Shown in pieces: positions 45,617 to 55,779 of a stretch of 64,000 nt of DNA. How positions within the stretch are numbered: position 1 is the stretch's first letter; each line of letters begins with the position of its first letter. The notes beneath the pieces were generated by a model. That model worked only from the letters and a program-made list of their open reading frames with translations. It was not told the DNA's origin and made no database searches. The position numbers and the translations under genes were made by a program. Origin of the DNA: a virus. Lineage: Duplodnaviria > Caudoviricetes. The stretch spans positions 6,529 through 70,528 of the IMG/VR virus record IMGVR_UViG_3300007276_000047; one strand, written 5' to 3'.

Positions 45617-46357
45617 TTAGGCGCCAAAGTCATGGATGGCCGCAGCCGGTGCCGCAGTAACGCTCGCAGGAACACCGCTTACAGCAGCTACTTCCTTATA
45701 AGCATTCCAATCCTTACCAGAATTAGCTTTTTCCCAAAGATCAACTTCTTTAGCTTCCTCTGGGGCAATTCCCGCTTGGATCTCTACGAACGTACGTCGA
45801 TCATCAATAGACCCCGCTATACCGAATTCTAGCGTCTGCTTGCGCTCAGGTAGTGGTGTCCAAGTACCATCAGAATTCTTCTGGTTCTTATTTGCAATCT
45901 TACGCTGCAAACCAATAAGTAATTTCTTACCCACTAAGTCAGCAACCATTTGCACATCTGTAAGGACATCTTTACGACTATCAAAGTCATAAATCTCTAC
46001 CTTCTTAGTTTGGCAAGAATCAAAAGCATCTGCTAATGTCTTACCATTTAAAGCAGCACCAACAATATGGGACACTTGCTGGTATGACCACATAAGCTCT
46101 TTCTTACCTGTTTTAGCATTCGTCACCTGAGGTGATTTATCTCTAAGAACAGCTTTCTGAATCTTATGTTCGTAGCCGCTAGGCAATTCAATGTGCATCG
46201 CTAAATCCATTTCATTATCATTCCATGGACTAGGGATTAAGTAAGCCGCTTTAATGAGGCCTTCGTATAGTGCAGTCGCCGGTACTCCGGGTGTGCGTAA
46301 AGCGGAGCTAAGAGCCTGGGTTTCTTCCTGGGCTTTAGCGAAAGGGTTATTTGACAT
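45617..46357 (-). CDS. ssb: Single-stranded DNA-binding protein (N4 gp45-like)
   Basis: YEGLIKAAY and Ala-rich tail ending IHDFGA; position next to the AAA gene. Confidence 0.75.
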   Translation of the reverse strand: MSNNPFAKAQEETQALSSALRTPGVPATALYEGLIKAAYLIPSPWNDNEMDLAMHIELPSGYEHKIQKAVLRDKSPQVTNAKTGKKELMWSYQQVSHIVGAALNGKTLADAFDSCQTKKVEIYDFDSRKDVLTDVQMVADLVGKKLLIGLQRKIANKNQKNSDGTWTPLPERKQTLEFGIAGSIDDRRTFVEIQAGIAPEEAKEVDLWEKANSGKDWNAYKEVAAVSGVPASVTAAPAAAIHDFGA

Positions 46358-46384
46358 ATATTTGTCTCCTGTAGTTATAATTAA

Positions 46385-47230
46385 TTAAGGTTGGTTGGTT
46401 CCGTACACTGTAGCAAACCTATCGAAAACCATCTGTAGATCGTTATCAATAAATCGTACACCTGCTGGCCACAGATTAGTAATAGTCCGTAGAGCATGGG
46501 TGTGTATAGTATCTTTAGTGTGAGCTACTTGGTAAACATAACGTTCTCCCGTAAATTCTATAGACTCTTCAGTGCCTAAAAATTCATGATGTTGATTATG
46601 TTGCCCCTGTAGATCTTTAAGGGACATTGTCATGGCATGCATTACAATACTAAATAACCCTTCAAGACCTTGCTTACCTACCTGTCCCTGTAAAGGACAT
46701 TTATAGATAAAATCTCCGGCCTCATCTGGCTTAGCATTAAGATGCCCCATAACAACTACCTGAGCATCAGCTGCAGCACTTTCGGCTACTATATCTGACA
46801 CTAACGTAGCATATCTACCCCATCCGCCCATGCTATCGACTACTCCGGCATTACGTTCAGATATTGAGATGTAATTCTTATCTGAGATAATAGCGCCTTG
46901 ATCGTCCATAACATACTTAGGCATAGTGGTATTGATAAATCTACGAGTGAACTCACTCATAGCTACAGTAATGGTATCCACAACAATTAGGTCAAACTTA
47001 CCAGACTTGGCTGCTGACTTAATAACGGCGGGTATTACAGTAGGGCACTTAGCGTGGTAAATCTGAAAATCTGCCTGGCCAATCCAAGGTAACGCTTTAT
47101 TATCGCAATTGATAAGTAAGGTACGCTTGGCTAGATCGGGACGGATATTCCGTAGACCGGAAGTTTTACCACCACCGGGCTGACTAAGTAATAATATTGG
47201 TGGTTTATTTTGTTGCATCTTCTGCTCCAT
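46385..47230 (-). CDS. AAA-family ATPase (N4 gp44 / Sak4-like)
   Basis: Walker A QPGGGKTS, Walker B IVVDTIT. Confidence 0.8.
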   Translation of the reverse strand: MEQKMQQNKPPILLLSQPGGGKTSGLRNIRPDLAKRTLLINCDNKALPWIGQADFQIYHAKCPTVIPAVIKSAAKSGKFDLIVVDTITVAMSEFTRRFINTTMPKYVMDDQGAIISDKNYISISERNAGVVDSMGGWGRYATLVSDIVAESAAADAQVVVMGHLNAKPDEAGDFIYKCPLQGQVGKQGLEGLFSIVMHAMTMSLKDLQGQHNQHHEFLGTEESIEFTGERYVYQVAHTKDTIHTHALRTITNLWPAGVRFIDNDLQMVFDRFATVYGTNQP

Positions 47231-47522
47231 GTAGTTGATCTAGTACTTGTTTAGAGGTACGTTCAACGAAAGTAACTAAATCACTAAGTTTAGTATTTTC
47301 TGCCGCTAACCAAACCATATAGGCTTTGACTTGTGGATGAACGAAATGACTTATAATCTCATCTTGTTCAGTAATTACCCAAATTTCTTCCAAATCCACT
47401 TCTGGAGGATCGGTGTGTTCTTCAGGATTACTGGCTATAGAATCGTCGTATATACTCAGGAGTTCGTGTAATAAATTTAAAGCTTCATCCCTAGGGCTAA
47501 AGCTTCTTGTAGGTTGCTGCAT
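47205..47522 (-). CDS. Hypothetical protein
   Basis: 105-aa ORF with SD GAGG. Confidence 0.6.
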   Translation of the reverse strand: MQQPTRSFSPRDEALNLLHELLSIYDDSIASNPEEHTDPPEVDLEEIWVITEQDEIISHFVHPQVKAYMVWLAAENTKLSDLVTFVERTSKQVLDQLHGAEDATK

Positions 47523-47531
47523 AGGCTTCCT

Positions 47532-49688
47532 CTATATTTTATCTGCAATTCGCTTAGCGACAGTTACAAATATGGTTGAATTAATCTCACTCTCTGGGAG
47601 TGGGGTCGATAGCTTTTTATTCAGAGCTAGTACTGAACTCTCTACAACTTCCTGCCTTAAGTCCGCATCAAGAAGAACGAGAGCATACCTAAGAAGTGTA
47701 TTGTTCCTAGGCTCACCTTTGTCTACAGACCTAACCATCCAACGCTCTATGTGAGATAAATCTCCCATGGCTACGGTATGCTTCTGTAGTCGGATTGCTG
47801 CTTCAGTTTCCGGAATGAAATCCAGAACTGGTAATAATTTTCCTTCGTTATAGTGTGGGGTAGAGTTATACCCTAACCACTTTCTATTCCGTTGGTTAGT
47901 TACTTCATCAAAAGGGATGGGTAACCAGTCGTATATATTAGTCATAAACTTAGCAAAGACTTCTTCGGAAAGCTTAAGTAAGTGAGTTGTAGGCATTACG
48001 ATTCGATATCGATTACATTCCGGCGTACTACTCTTAGATTCGTACATCATATACGAGTAATCTTTTAGTAACTCTTGTGCTACCGACATGGGTACGTTAC
48101 TAGTAGACTTTTCATTATCTACATCTAAAGCAATAATGTTAAAGCCTGCCTGCACATATTCCGACTTTCTATGCCCATGGTCTAGCCAATGGGTTACCCA
48201 GTGAACTCCTTGCTGGGTTAACACCTGCCCTACTTTATCCCAAGGACAAACTCCGTTCTTGTAGTTGTAGGCTTCGTGATCTCCCATGGCGAAACGTATC
48301 TTCTTAAGATCCGTAGGTACTATACCTTCGCCTCGGTAAAAGGTAATCCCGTTCCTGGTTTCTTGGTTTATGATTATGCTATTCGAGTAACCATATTGGG
48401 ACGCTAAGTTAAGCATCTCTTCTCTAGCAGCCGCTGTGCCTTTAAACCAGGGTAACTTAGCCACTAACTGGGCCATAGTCATTTCCTCATCCTGAGCGGC
48501 CAGGAATTCAGCCAGGCGAGCATGTAGAGGGACTGTATGTACTATTCTAGCGATATGCTCTTCACCATCTTCTGCCATTTTCATGGCTGCCTGTAAGTGA
48601 GCTATGGATACTTCGTCATCTCCGTCCCAAGCAGCATATAAACCAGCTGTTTTAGACACCTTCATGTACCTATGTGTAAGCTCTGCTTTAAGAATTTTAT
48701 CTTTTACTTTAAGCGCCCGTTGCTCACAGTAGTTCTGGTAATCCAACATATATAAACTAACTGTGTCGTCCATATATATGGCTTTATTCATGTTAGTAGG
48801 TGTAATCATTTTGGATATAGCATCTGTGTACACTTTAACAGCTGCGGGATCACTAGTAGATACGAGATTATGTAAACGTTCTTCTGCTGTCATCAACGTA
48901 CGTTCGGCGTCTCGAGTAAATGCGAAGAATGATCGTCGGGCTAAACCACCTTCTAAATTTCTACATAAATCTGAGTGAATATTTGGATTTTCTAGTTGGC
49001 TGCCTGTCCCGAATAAAAGCATATTTGTGGGTACAGTACCTACTCCATCTATATAGCGTGGGCTATCGGAAGAGTGTTTAATAAGTTTTTGCTTAAGTTG
49101 TCCTACATCGTATGTCTTAATCATGTCCTGCATGACTTCAGCGTTAGATCCATCTACTGCAAAGTACTCGTCTACGATAAAATTTAAACTACCGTAAGGG
49201 ACTCTTACAAGCGCGGATCTACATTGTTTAAACGCAGGGCTCGTACTTTCTTCAAACCAGCAATAGGGTCTACCTAATGCTTCGATAGACTTACGTACAT
49301 ATTTTTCTTCTTCTGATGGTGGTGTTCCGTTAGCTGTCGCTTTACGGCTGACTTCCGCAGCTATTAAAGCTTCTCGCTTAGCTAACCAATTAGTATGGAA
49401 TACGTCGACTAAAGGCTTGAGTATTACATCTTCAAATTCCCCTGTAAGTACTCCTTTGCCTTGGCCAGATGGGAGTAAACCCATTGCAAAGATGTTAAGC
49501 GGTACTGGCCTATTGCCAGGCAATACTACAGAGTTTCGCATAGTAGTAGCAACTAAGCCTAAGTAGAACGCGGTTATAACCCGTATAAAATGGTAATCTT
49601 TACTATTAGCCCGGGTAGCTAAATACTTAGTAAGATCCTCAGTACCTTGATGGTACCGCATAGATTCGAAATTAAAATTATGGGCCAT
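47532..49688 (-). CDS. DNA primase (N4 gp43-like)
   Basis: LPSGQGKG, ALDVDN and a C-terminal PriCT-like RNNTLLRYA; synteny. Confidence 0.85.
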   Translation of the reverse strand: MAHNFNFESMRYHQGTEDLTKYLATRANSKDYHFIRVITAFYLGLVATTMRNSVVLPGNRPVPLNIFAMGLLPSGQGKGVLTGEFEDVILKPLVDVFHTNWLAKREALIAAEVSRKATANGTPPSEEEKYVRKSIEALGRPYCWFEESTSPAFKQCRSALVRVPYGSLNFIVDEYFAVDGSNAEVMQDMIKTYDVGQLKQKLIKHSSDSPRYIDGVGTVPTNMLLFGTGSQLENPNIHSDLCRNLEGGLARRSFFAFTRDAERTLMTAEERLHNLVSTSDPAAVKVYTDAISKMITPTNMNKAIYMDDTVSLYMLDYQNYCEQRALKVKDKILKAELTHRYMKVSKTAGLYAAWDGDDEVSIAHLQAAMKMAEDGEEHIARIVHTVPLHARLAEFLAAQDEEMTMAQLVAKLPWFKGTAAAREEMLNLASQYGYSNSIIINQETRNGITFYRGEGIVPTDLKKIRFAMGDHEAYNYKNGVCPWDKVGQVLTQQGVHWVTHWLDHGHRKSEYVQAGFNIIALDVDNEKSTSNVPMSVAQELLKDYSYMMYESKSSTPECNRYRIVMPTTHLLKLSEEVFAKFMTNIYDWLPIPFDEVTNQRNRKWLGYNSTPHYNEGKLLPVLDFIPETEAAIRLQKHTVAMGDLSHIERWMVRSVDKGEPRNNTLLRYALVLLDADLRQEVVESSVLALNKKLSTPLPESEINSTIFVTVAKRIADKI

Positions 49689-49690
49689 GT

Positions 49691-50146
49691 TTAGTTATCC
49701 TTAAATATATGTAAATCACAGTGGTTAAATTTAGCGGGATCTAATCCCCCATACGTTAACTGTATGTTTTGTATATGATGAGTATTGTCTTCCTCAAGAA
49801 ATCCGTACTTAACTAAGGAGTCGTTAGTAAACTTCATGACTATGGCAGTCATGTTATCTAGATCTCTTTTAGTTTTATCGGGAGCGTAATACACGTAAAG
49901 CAGTTTTACTTTACCCCGGTAAGGTACAGGAGGGGGAGATCCCAGTATGGGACCTAATAAAGCATGATACCGTTGCTTCATACTATTTTGGCTCATTCTG
50001 TTAGCCATGTTAGTAAAGAAGTTTAAGGTAGCCTGTAAAGATTTACTTCTAGGCCTAGGTAGGGTTACCGGGAGACCTTTGAAAGACCACAAATGATCCT
50101 CGGCTAAGTATACGATATCATGCTTACTCATGGTACTAGATTTCAC
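49691..50146 (-). CDS. rusA: RusA-like Holliday junction resolvase
   Basis: RDLDNM...TNDSLVKYGFLEEDN motif. Confidence 0.75.
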   Translation of the reverse strand: MKSSTMSKHDIVYLAEDHLWSFKGLPVTLPRPRSKSLQATLNFFTNMANRMSQNSMKQRYHALLGPILGSPPPVPYRGKVKLLYVYYAPDKTKRDLDNMTAIVMKFTNDSLVKYGFLEEDNTHHIQNIQLTYGGLDPAKFNHCDLHIFKDN

Positions 50147-50723
50147 AAATAGAGAGGTTCATCTTTTCTTGATTAAGAGCGTCCCTTTCTTCTGTGTACT
50201 CTATGTACTCATTTAAGATAGTAGTTATTCCTTTAAGCATTTTATCGTTTACTTTGAACTTTTTAAGTTCGTCCCAAGTAAAAGACTTATCAATCTTAAG
50301 AGTGATCTTAGAATCAAAATCCTTGGTAACAAAGCTGTAGAGAAAAGATAGTGTATAGTTATCTACTTTCCACTCGCAACGTCTAATAGGGCTAGTTATA
50401 GTACCGTATTGGGTGCTGTAAGCTTGTAGATTTTCAGGCAATACTACTTCAGGTTTCTGCTTAAAAGCTTCTTCTTTAGCGTGGTAAGCTAATAGAATAG
50501 CTTTGTGACTATCCATATACTTTGCGAATAGTTCAGCTGCGTAAGCAAGTTCATCCTTACTGGGCGTCTGCCGATTGAATCTAATTCCTGCCACACTTAC
50601 AAAAGGTCTTCCGCATTCGCATCGGATCTCTAGTAAATTTGACTGATTGACCGCTACGTGGTGGTCAGGTAAGCCTACTTTGTCTAGGACAGGTTGGCAT
50701 TGTTTTCTTAGTAATAAAGACAT
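50136..50723 (-). CDS. Hypothetical protein
   Basis: 195-aa ORF with SD GGAG. Confidence 0.7.
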   Translation of the reverse strand: MSLLLRKQCQPVLDKVGLPDHHVAVNQSNLLEIRCECGRPFVSVAGIRFNRQTPSKDELAYAAELFAKYMDSHKAILLAYHAKEEAFKQKPEVVLPENLQAYSTQYGTITSPIRRCEWKVDNYTLSFLYSFVTKDFDSKITLKIDKSFTWDELKKFKVNDKMLKGITTILNEYIEYTEERDALNQEKMNLSICEI

Positions 50724-50896
50724 AATAAATCTCCAAGGTGGTTTAAGTTGGTTAAAGGTACTTCTAGAAAAAAATAAGAAACTAGCAATTGAGTCCGAAC
50801 TGTTCTTAGCTCACCGGTAGTAGGGAGCACTAGCTAATAGTCGAATGCCCATAGTGACTAACTAAAGGTCGGAGTAATGCGGCTCCTGGGCGGCTA

Positions 50897-51772
50897 TTAA
50901 ACCCATACGGGTTGTAGGTGGGACCCCGATGGAGTCCATAGATCTATAATAGGTTTGCCTTCGTCATCGAGTTTAAGCTGGTGCATGTTTGCAAATCGCA
51001 TATTAATAAGCGCTTCTTTATCACTTAGTCCCTTAGACGCAAAGGCCTTGAGTACTCCTTCCCAGTTCTGGGTCGGAGTGTATACAGGCTTAACAAATTC
51101 CTCTGCTTTCTTGGGGCCAATGCCAGGCACTCCTCCAAAGCCATCTACAGGATCTCCTGTAATAGCTTGGAAGAAGGCAAAGTAATTAGCAAAGCTAGCA
51201 GGGATGTCTTCCCATTTTTGTCTCTTATCATATCTCCAGTTCTTACCACAATGCTGTTTATACACATCTTTATCATTAGAAGATAAAACCCATTCTGGGT
51301 TCATTTTCTTATGTAATAGGACAGCTTCATCTGCTTCCCACTTATCGTGGATATAGGCATTCGGCTGGTCTAGTAGAGCCCGTAAGGTGTAGTGGTATCC
51401 CGTAGGTAACGGTGCATTTTTCCTATTGGATTTATATGTACTACCTAGGCTACTTCTAAACTGTGTCTGCATAGGTTTTCCCATGAACTCTTCGAATAAT
51501 TCCTTATTCTTAGAGCTAGCTGAGAAATGTAAATGTAAAACATCTACTCCCATCTGGGTTCGGAGTTTACGTAAAAAAGTCTCTACAGCAGTGTAAATGA
51601 ACTCCGGAGGTGTATCCATGTTACCTGGATTTTCTGGCGCCATTAAATCTGCCTTACTGTAATACCAACCTAAATTAAACATAATAGAGTCTGCGTCAAC
51701 TATACCTACCTTAGGTACAGTATCTGCAGGTTGTTCTAGTTTAAATTCAAACTGATCTTCTGTAGAGCTCAT
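50897..51772 (-). CDS. 5'-3' exonuclease (T7 gp6 / PIN-like)
   Basis: IVDADS, WEADEA, SNDKD, GDPVDGFGGVPGIGPKKA. Confidence 0.88.
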   Translation of the reverse strand: MSSTEDQFEFKLEQPADTVPKVGIVDADSIMFNLGWYYSKADLMAPENPGNMDTPPEFIYTAVETFLRKLRTQMGVDVLHLHFSASSKNKELFEEFMGKPMQTQFRSSLGSTYKSNRKNAPLPTGYHYTLRALLDQPNAYIHDKWEADEAVLLHKKMNPEWVLSSNDKDVYKQHCGKNWRYDKRQKWEDIPASFANYFAFFQAITGDPVDGFGGVPGIGPKKAEEFVKPVYTPTQNWEGVLKAFASKGLSDKEALINMRFANMHQLKLDDEGKPIIDLWTPSGSHLQPVWV

Positions 51773-52101
51773 GCTTCTGGTTCAGTTGTGCCTTCAGAGT
51801 CGTCAGCTTCTTTAAGTGCTTTGTCAATAGCTTCTTGCTCTGCAGCAAGATCAGCTGTGTGTCTTTCAATAGCAACTTTAAAAGCTTGAGCCTCGTCTGA
51901 CATAGGATGACCAAATTTAGATCTAGCAATTTCTAAGCACATTTGTAGCTGCAGAGAAAACTGTTCTTGAATCTGACCCATAGCTCTATTCGTGTTATTA
52001 AACACCTGAGCTAATTGTTCCTCTAAGGAAAAGATAGCTTCTACTACTTCGGTTTCACCGACCATAGCTTCTGATTCTTGTACTGGTTTCTTTTTGGGCA
52101 T
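51769..52101 (-). CDS. Acidic coiled-coil hypothetical protein
   Basis: 110 aa with SD AGGAG. Confidence 0.65.
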   Translation of the reverse strand: MPKKKPVQESEAMVGETEVVEAIFSLEEQLAQVFNNTNRAMGQIQEQFSLQLQMCLEIARSKFGHPMSDEAQAFKVAIERHTADLAAEQEAIDKALKEADDSEGTTEPEA

Positions 52102-52178
52102 GGTTTACTCCTGTTGTGTTAAGGCCGTCAAATGACTAGCAGCAAATTTTAACCAATCTGCTATGACCTAAATTGGCC

Positions 52179-52529
52179 CTAGTTAAAGGGGTTCTCTCGT
52201 GCTTTATGGCGTAGGTGCAGTTCTAGTCTGGCTAGAGCATTCCAAGCTACCATAGCTATATGTTCTAGCTGACTATCTTCATCGACATCTGCCGATTCTG
52301 CACCTTCAGCAAGGTGGTGTCTAAGCATAGCACTGGTATACCTACTAAAGGCGCCAGGCACACTTACCCATCCGTGATCCGAGTACTTCCCAGCACCAAA
52401 CGTGGCAACGTCCCCTACGGCTAATAAAGCTCGTGGAAAGCCTTCGGTGATTAGATGCATGCGTGGTTTGCCTGCATCGTCCTTAACTCCTGGTTTATGT
52501 AAATCTTTTTCTACTGGTTCTACTGGCAT
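52179..52529 (-). CDS. dATP/dGTP diphosphohydrolase-like protein (DUF5664 family)
   Basis: GVKDDAGKPR..L...AVGDVATFGAGKYS...W...RY..A.LRH....HIAMVAWNALA. Start likely at 52529. Confidence 0.8.
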   Translation of the reverse strand: MPVEPVEKDLHKPGVKDDAGKPRMHLITEGFPRALLAVGDVATFGAGKYSDHGWVSVPGAFSRYTSAMLRHHLAEGAESADVDEDSQLEHIAMVAWNALARLELHLRHKARENPFN

Positions 52530-53131
52530 TTTGAATCTCCACAAGATAGGCAAGTACTACACCCATCCATAATAACTGCAGCTTTAGTAGAGCACTTAGG
52601 GCATACCGTAGCATTTGCTGGGTACCCTGTTTCTACACTTTCCTGCTTAGAATCTATATATTCTTGTTGGTGTTTATCCAAAACAGGCTTCTGCATCAAT
52701 CCAATGGCTTGCATATGGGTTTCTATGGTCAAACCTATCTCAGCTACTAGTGAGGGCATAAAAAGCCCACCACGCTTGAAATAACCGCCTTTAGGGTCGA
52801 ATACTGCACGTAGTTCCTCTACTAAGAAGGTAATATCTCCTCCTTTACGGAATACGGCTGAGATTACTCGAGTAAGCGCTACAACCCATTGAAAATTGTC
52901 CATATTTTTTGAGTTAATAAATATCTCAAAAGGTCGACGTTCTTCCTGGGCTGTACCTTGGTTTAAAATGATATCGTTAATAGTGATGTACATAGAATGT
53001 TCTTGTACCGGGGTTTTAACCTTGTAGGTCATACCCACTAGGGACTCCGGCCGAGGTACTAATTCATGCATCTCTACTGTATTAGAAGATTTTTCTTCTT
53101 TTGGTTTAATTCTAAATCCTGTTATTTTCAT
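52520..53131 (-). CDS. nrdJb: Class II ribonucleotide reductase C-terminal subunit NrdJb
   Basis: TSCPD-like domain (MYITIND..RPFEIFINSK) plus C-terminal CPKC...GCSTCLSCGDSKC. Confidence 0.88.
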   Translation of the reverse strand: MKITGFRIKPKEEKSSNTVEMHELVPRPESLVGMTYKVKTPVQEHSMYITINDIILNQGTAQEERRPFEIFINSKNMDNFQWVVALTRVISAVFRKGGDITFLVEELRAVFDPKGGYFKRGGLFMPSLVAEIGLTIETHMQAIGLMQKPVLDKHQQEYIDSKQESVETGYPANATVCPKCSTKAAVIMDGCSTCLSCGDSKCQ

Positions 53132-55137
53132 TATAGTTTTCCGTAGTAGCCTTCTTTGAGGGCATCAAATAAGTTAGCAGCTGTGTGTGTTTCTCCATCG
53201 TATTCAATTTCTTCGTTACCTTTAAAATCGATGACTGAGCCATCTTCGAAAGTAAACTCATAAACAGTATTTTCTAAATCGACTTCTTTAACCAATACGC
53301 CTTGGAAGGCTTCTGGATTAAAACGGAATGTAGTACAGCCTTTTAAGCCTTTTTCGTAGGCGTACATGTAGATGTCTTTAAAGTCTTCATACGGGTAATC
53401 CGTGGGTACGTTAGCTGTCTTAGAGATACTGGAATCAATCCACTTCTGAGCAGCTGCTTGAATATCGATATGCTGTTTAGGAGTTACTTGATCTGCTGTA
53501 ATACAATTGGCCGGCAAGTCTTCAGGCATAGCATCTGGGTTAATTAACTCACGATAAGCGAGTAACTCATACGAGAATACATTTACTTTTTCTTTGGTTT
53601 TCTTACCTTGCTTAATAACGTTACGTGAATAGTGATGAGCAAAGCTTGGTTCAATACCATTACTAGCATTGTTAGCTAAGGATAGTGAGATAGTGCCGGT
53701 AGGGGCAATTGAGGTGTGATGGGTAAATCGAGCACCATATTTACTTAAGTTGTTTATTAACATTGGATCTACTTCTGCAAGCTGTTGCATATATCTACTA
53801 TACTTTGTATGTAAATAAGCTCCTGTTAATTCATCACCTATATCCCATTCATCATCTACCATTTCAGGGCGTTTAAGTAACATTTCTTTAGTCACGATAA
53901 ATGTCTCTTGCATAATCGGGGCACAACCTTTTTCTTTGGCAAGGGCTAAGGCTTCTTGCCATCCTATGTGTGCCATGGTTTTAGCCACATTCTCTGTAAA
54001 ACGTATAGAATCCCCATCTCCGTATGTGTATCCCATCATAGCAATAGCAGAGCCTAGGCCTAAGAAGCCCATACCATGCCTACGCTTACGTAGGATCTCC
54101 TCACGTTGTTCAGGTAAAGGTAGATTATTAAGTTCTACCACGTTATCGAGCATACGAGTAAAGATACGAATAACTTTCTCATACTTAGCTCGATCAAATC
54201 TAGCTGCATCGGTAAAAGGATCTAGTACAAATTTAGTAAGATTAACTGATCCAAGTAAACAACTACCATGAGGAGGTAACGGTTGTTCACCACATGGATT
54301 GGTAGCTCGGATATCTTCACAGAACCAGTTATTGTTCATCTCGTTAACTTTATCTATGAGAATGAACCCGGGTTCGGCATAGTCATACGTAGCTGCCATG
54401 ATTAGATTCCATAAGTTTCTCGCGGGCATAGACGAATGAAGAGTATTTGCATTAAGTTGACTAGTTAAAGGAAAATAGAAGTGCCATTCCTTATTTTCTT
54501 TAACTGCCTCAATAAATTCAGAAGTAATTAATAAAGATAGATTGAACTGACGTAATCTGCCGTCTTCTCGCTTAGCTTTAATAAATTCAACAACATCTGG
54601 ATGACGTATATCAAAAGTAGCCATTTGAGCACCTCTACGTCCACCAGCTGATGAGACTGTAAAACAAGTCTTATCAAAGATATCCATGAAGGATAACGGT
54701 CCAGAAGTTTGTGCTCCTGCTCCAGCTACGTAAGCTCCTTTAGGTCTAAGGGTAGAAAACTCGTAACCAATACCACAGCCAGCTTTAAGAGTCATACCGG
54801 CTTCTTTGTTCATATCTAGTATGCCGTCCATTGAATCAGGGATGGTTCCAGATACAGTACAGTTAATAAGTGAAGCTGAGGGTTTATGGTTTCCAGCGCC
54901 TGCATTAGATAGGATTCTACCTGCGGGTAAGGCTCCATTCTCTAAAGCCCATAAAAATTGTTCGTACCAATAATTTTGCTCATCTAATGTCGGTTCTACT
55001 TTAGATAATGCTCCTGCAACTCGCACAAAAGTATGTTTAATATTTTTGTCTACTGGATCTCCATTAGCGGCTTTAAGTTGATACTTGGTTGCCCAAATCT
55101 CTTGGGAAGTAGGTTGTAGTGCAATTTGTTTGGTCAT
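53131..55137 (-). CDS. nrdJa: Class II (adenosylcobalamin-dependent) ribonucleotide reductase NrdJa
   Basis: PAGRILSNAG, INCTV, ATNPCGEQPL, SIAPTGTISL, IDSSISKT. Confidence 0.92.
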   Translation of the reverse strand: MTKQIALQPTSQEIWATKYQLKAANGDPVDKNIKHTFVRVAGALSKVEPTLDEQNYWYEQFLWALENGALPAGRILSNAGAGNHKPSASLINCTVSGTIPDSMDGILDMNKEAGMTLKAGCGIGYEFSTLRPKGAYVAGAGAQTSGPLSFMDIFDKTCFTVSSAGGRRGAQMATFDIRHPDVVEFIKAKREDGRLRQFNLSLLITSEFIEAVKENKEWHFYFPLTSQLNANTLHSSMPARNLWNLIMAATYDYAEPGFILIDKVNEMNNNWFCEDIRATNPCGEQPLPPHGSCLLGSVNLTKFVLDPFTDAARFDRAKYEKVIRIFTRMLDNVVELNNLPLPEQREEILRKRRHGMGFLGLGSAIAMMGYTYGDGDSIRFTENVAKTMAHIGWQEALALAKEKGCAPIMQETFIVTKEMLLKRPEMVDDEWDIGDELTGAYLHTKYSRYMQQLAEVDPMLINNLSKYGARFTHHTSIAPTGTISLSLANNASNGIEPSFAHHYSRNVIKQGKKTKEKVNVFSYELLAYRELINPDAMPEDLPANCITADQVTPKQHIDIQAAAQKWIDSSISKTANVPTDYPYEDFKDIYMYAYEKGLKGCTTFRFNPEAFQGVLVKEVDLENTVYEFTFEDGSVIDFKGNEEIEYDGETHTAANLFDALKEGYYGKL

Positions 55138-55236
55138 ATGATCTCCTAATAAGAAAGGTAACCCTCTTTTGTTTCGTTTGTTCTCGCGGAAAAGTACAGG
55201 TACAAGTAGATGGGTAAGTGGACTACTGCTATTCGG

Positions 55237-55458
55237 TTATTTAGTTCCTTTTATCTCTGCTGTGGTTTCAATCCACACTTTGGCTCCGCAAGATAAAGGT
55301 TTATCGGGCGAGTATACTACCTTAGAAGGACCTAAGATTTCTACCTCATTAAAATATGTATTGGATTTATATGTCTTGACGGTAATAGTAGGATCTCGTT
55401 TACCTGTCTTTGCATTATTTTTAATAACGTACTGGTTTACATGTATTCGTTTTATCAT
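55237..55458 (-). CDS. Conserved phage hypothetical protein (IHVNQ...GPS.VVYSP.KPLSCGA.VWIET)
   Basis: Motif pattern common in aquatic phages. Confidence 0.7.
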   Translation of the reverse strand: MIKRIHVNQYVIKNNAKTGKRDPTITVKTYKSNTYFNEVEILGPSKVVYSPDKPLSCGAKVWIETTAEIKGTK

Positions 55459-55467
55459 TAGATAGTC

Positions 55468-55779
55468 CTATGGTTGAAACTCTTCATATACATATATTTT
55501 TCCAGTAAGTGGATGGAGACATTGCTGTAAGCCTCTGAGAATAGAAGGTTCATGAGAATCTTCACGTTCTTGTTCAATATTTTCCTTATGAATAAATCCC
55601 ATCACAGGTCTTTCGCCATTACTATCCTTACCAGCGTAGTAGGTAACCATATCAGATTTGTAAACTTTAGCCGTATCATCTGAGAACACTACAACGGTAG
55701 CCTTTCCATCAAAATCAGGTAGTGAAGTATCCTGATGATACAAAAATTCGTAAATATTGGTAGGACGATCAATTTTCAT
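55468..55779 (-). CDS. Hypothetical protein
   Basis: 103-aa ORF abutting the ligase gene. Confidence 0.6.
   Translation of the reverse strand: MKIDRPTNIYEFLYHQDTSLPDFDGKATVVVFSDDTAKVYKSDMVTYYAGKDSNGERPVMGFIHKENIEQEREDSHEPSILRGLQQCLHPLTGKIYVYEEFQP

Noticed and set aside
52179-52529. Diphosphohydrolase as evidence of a modified-base (Z or 7-deazaguanine) genome
   Set aside because: No PurZ, DatZ or queuosine-pathway genes in the window, and the family is common in unmodified phages.
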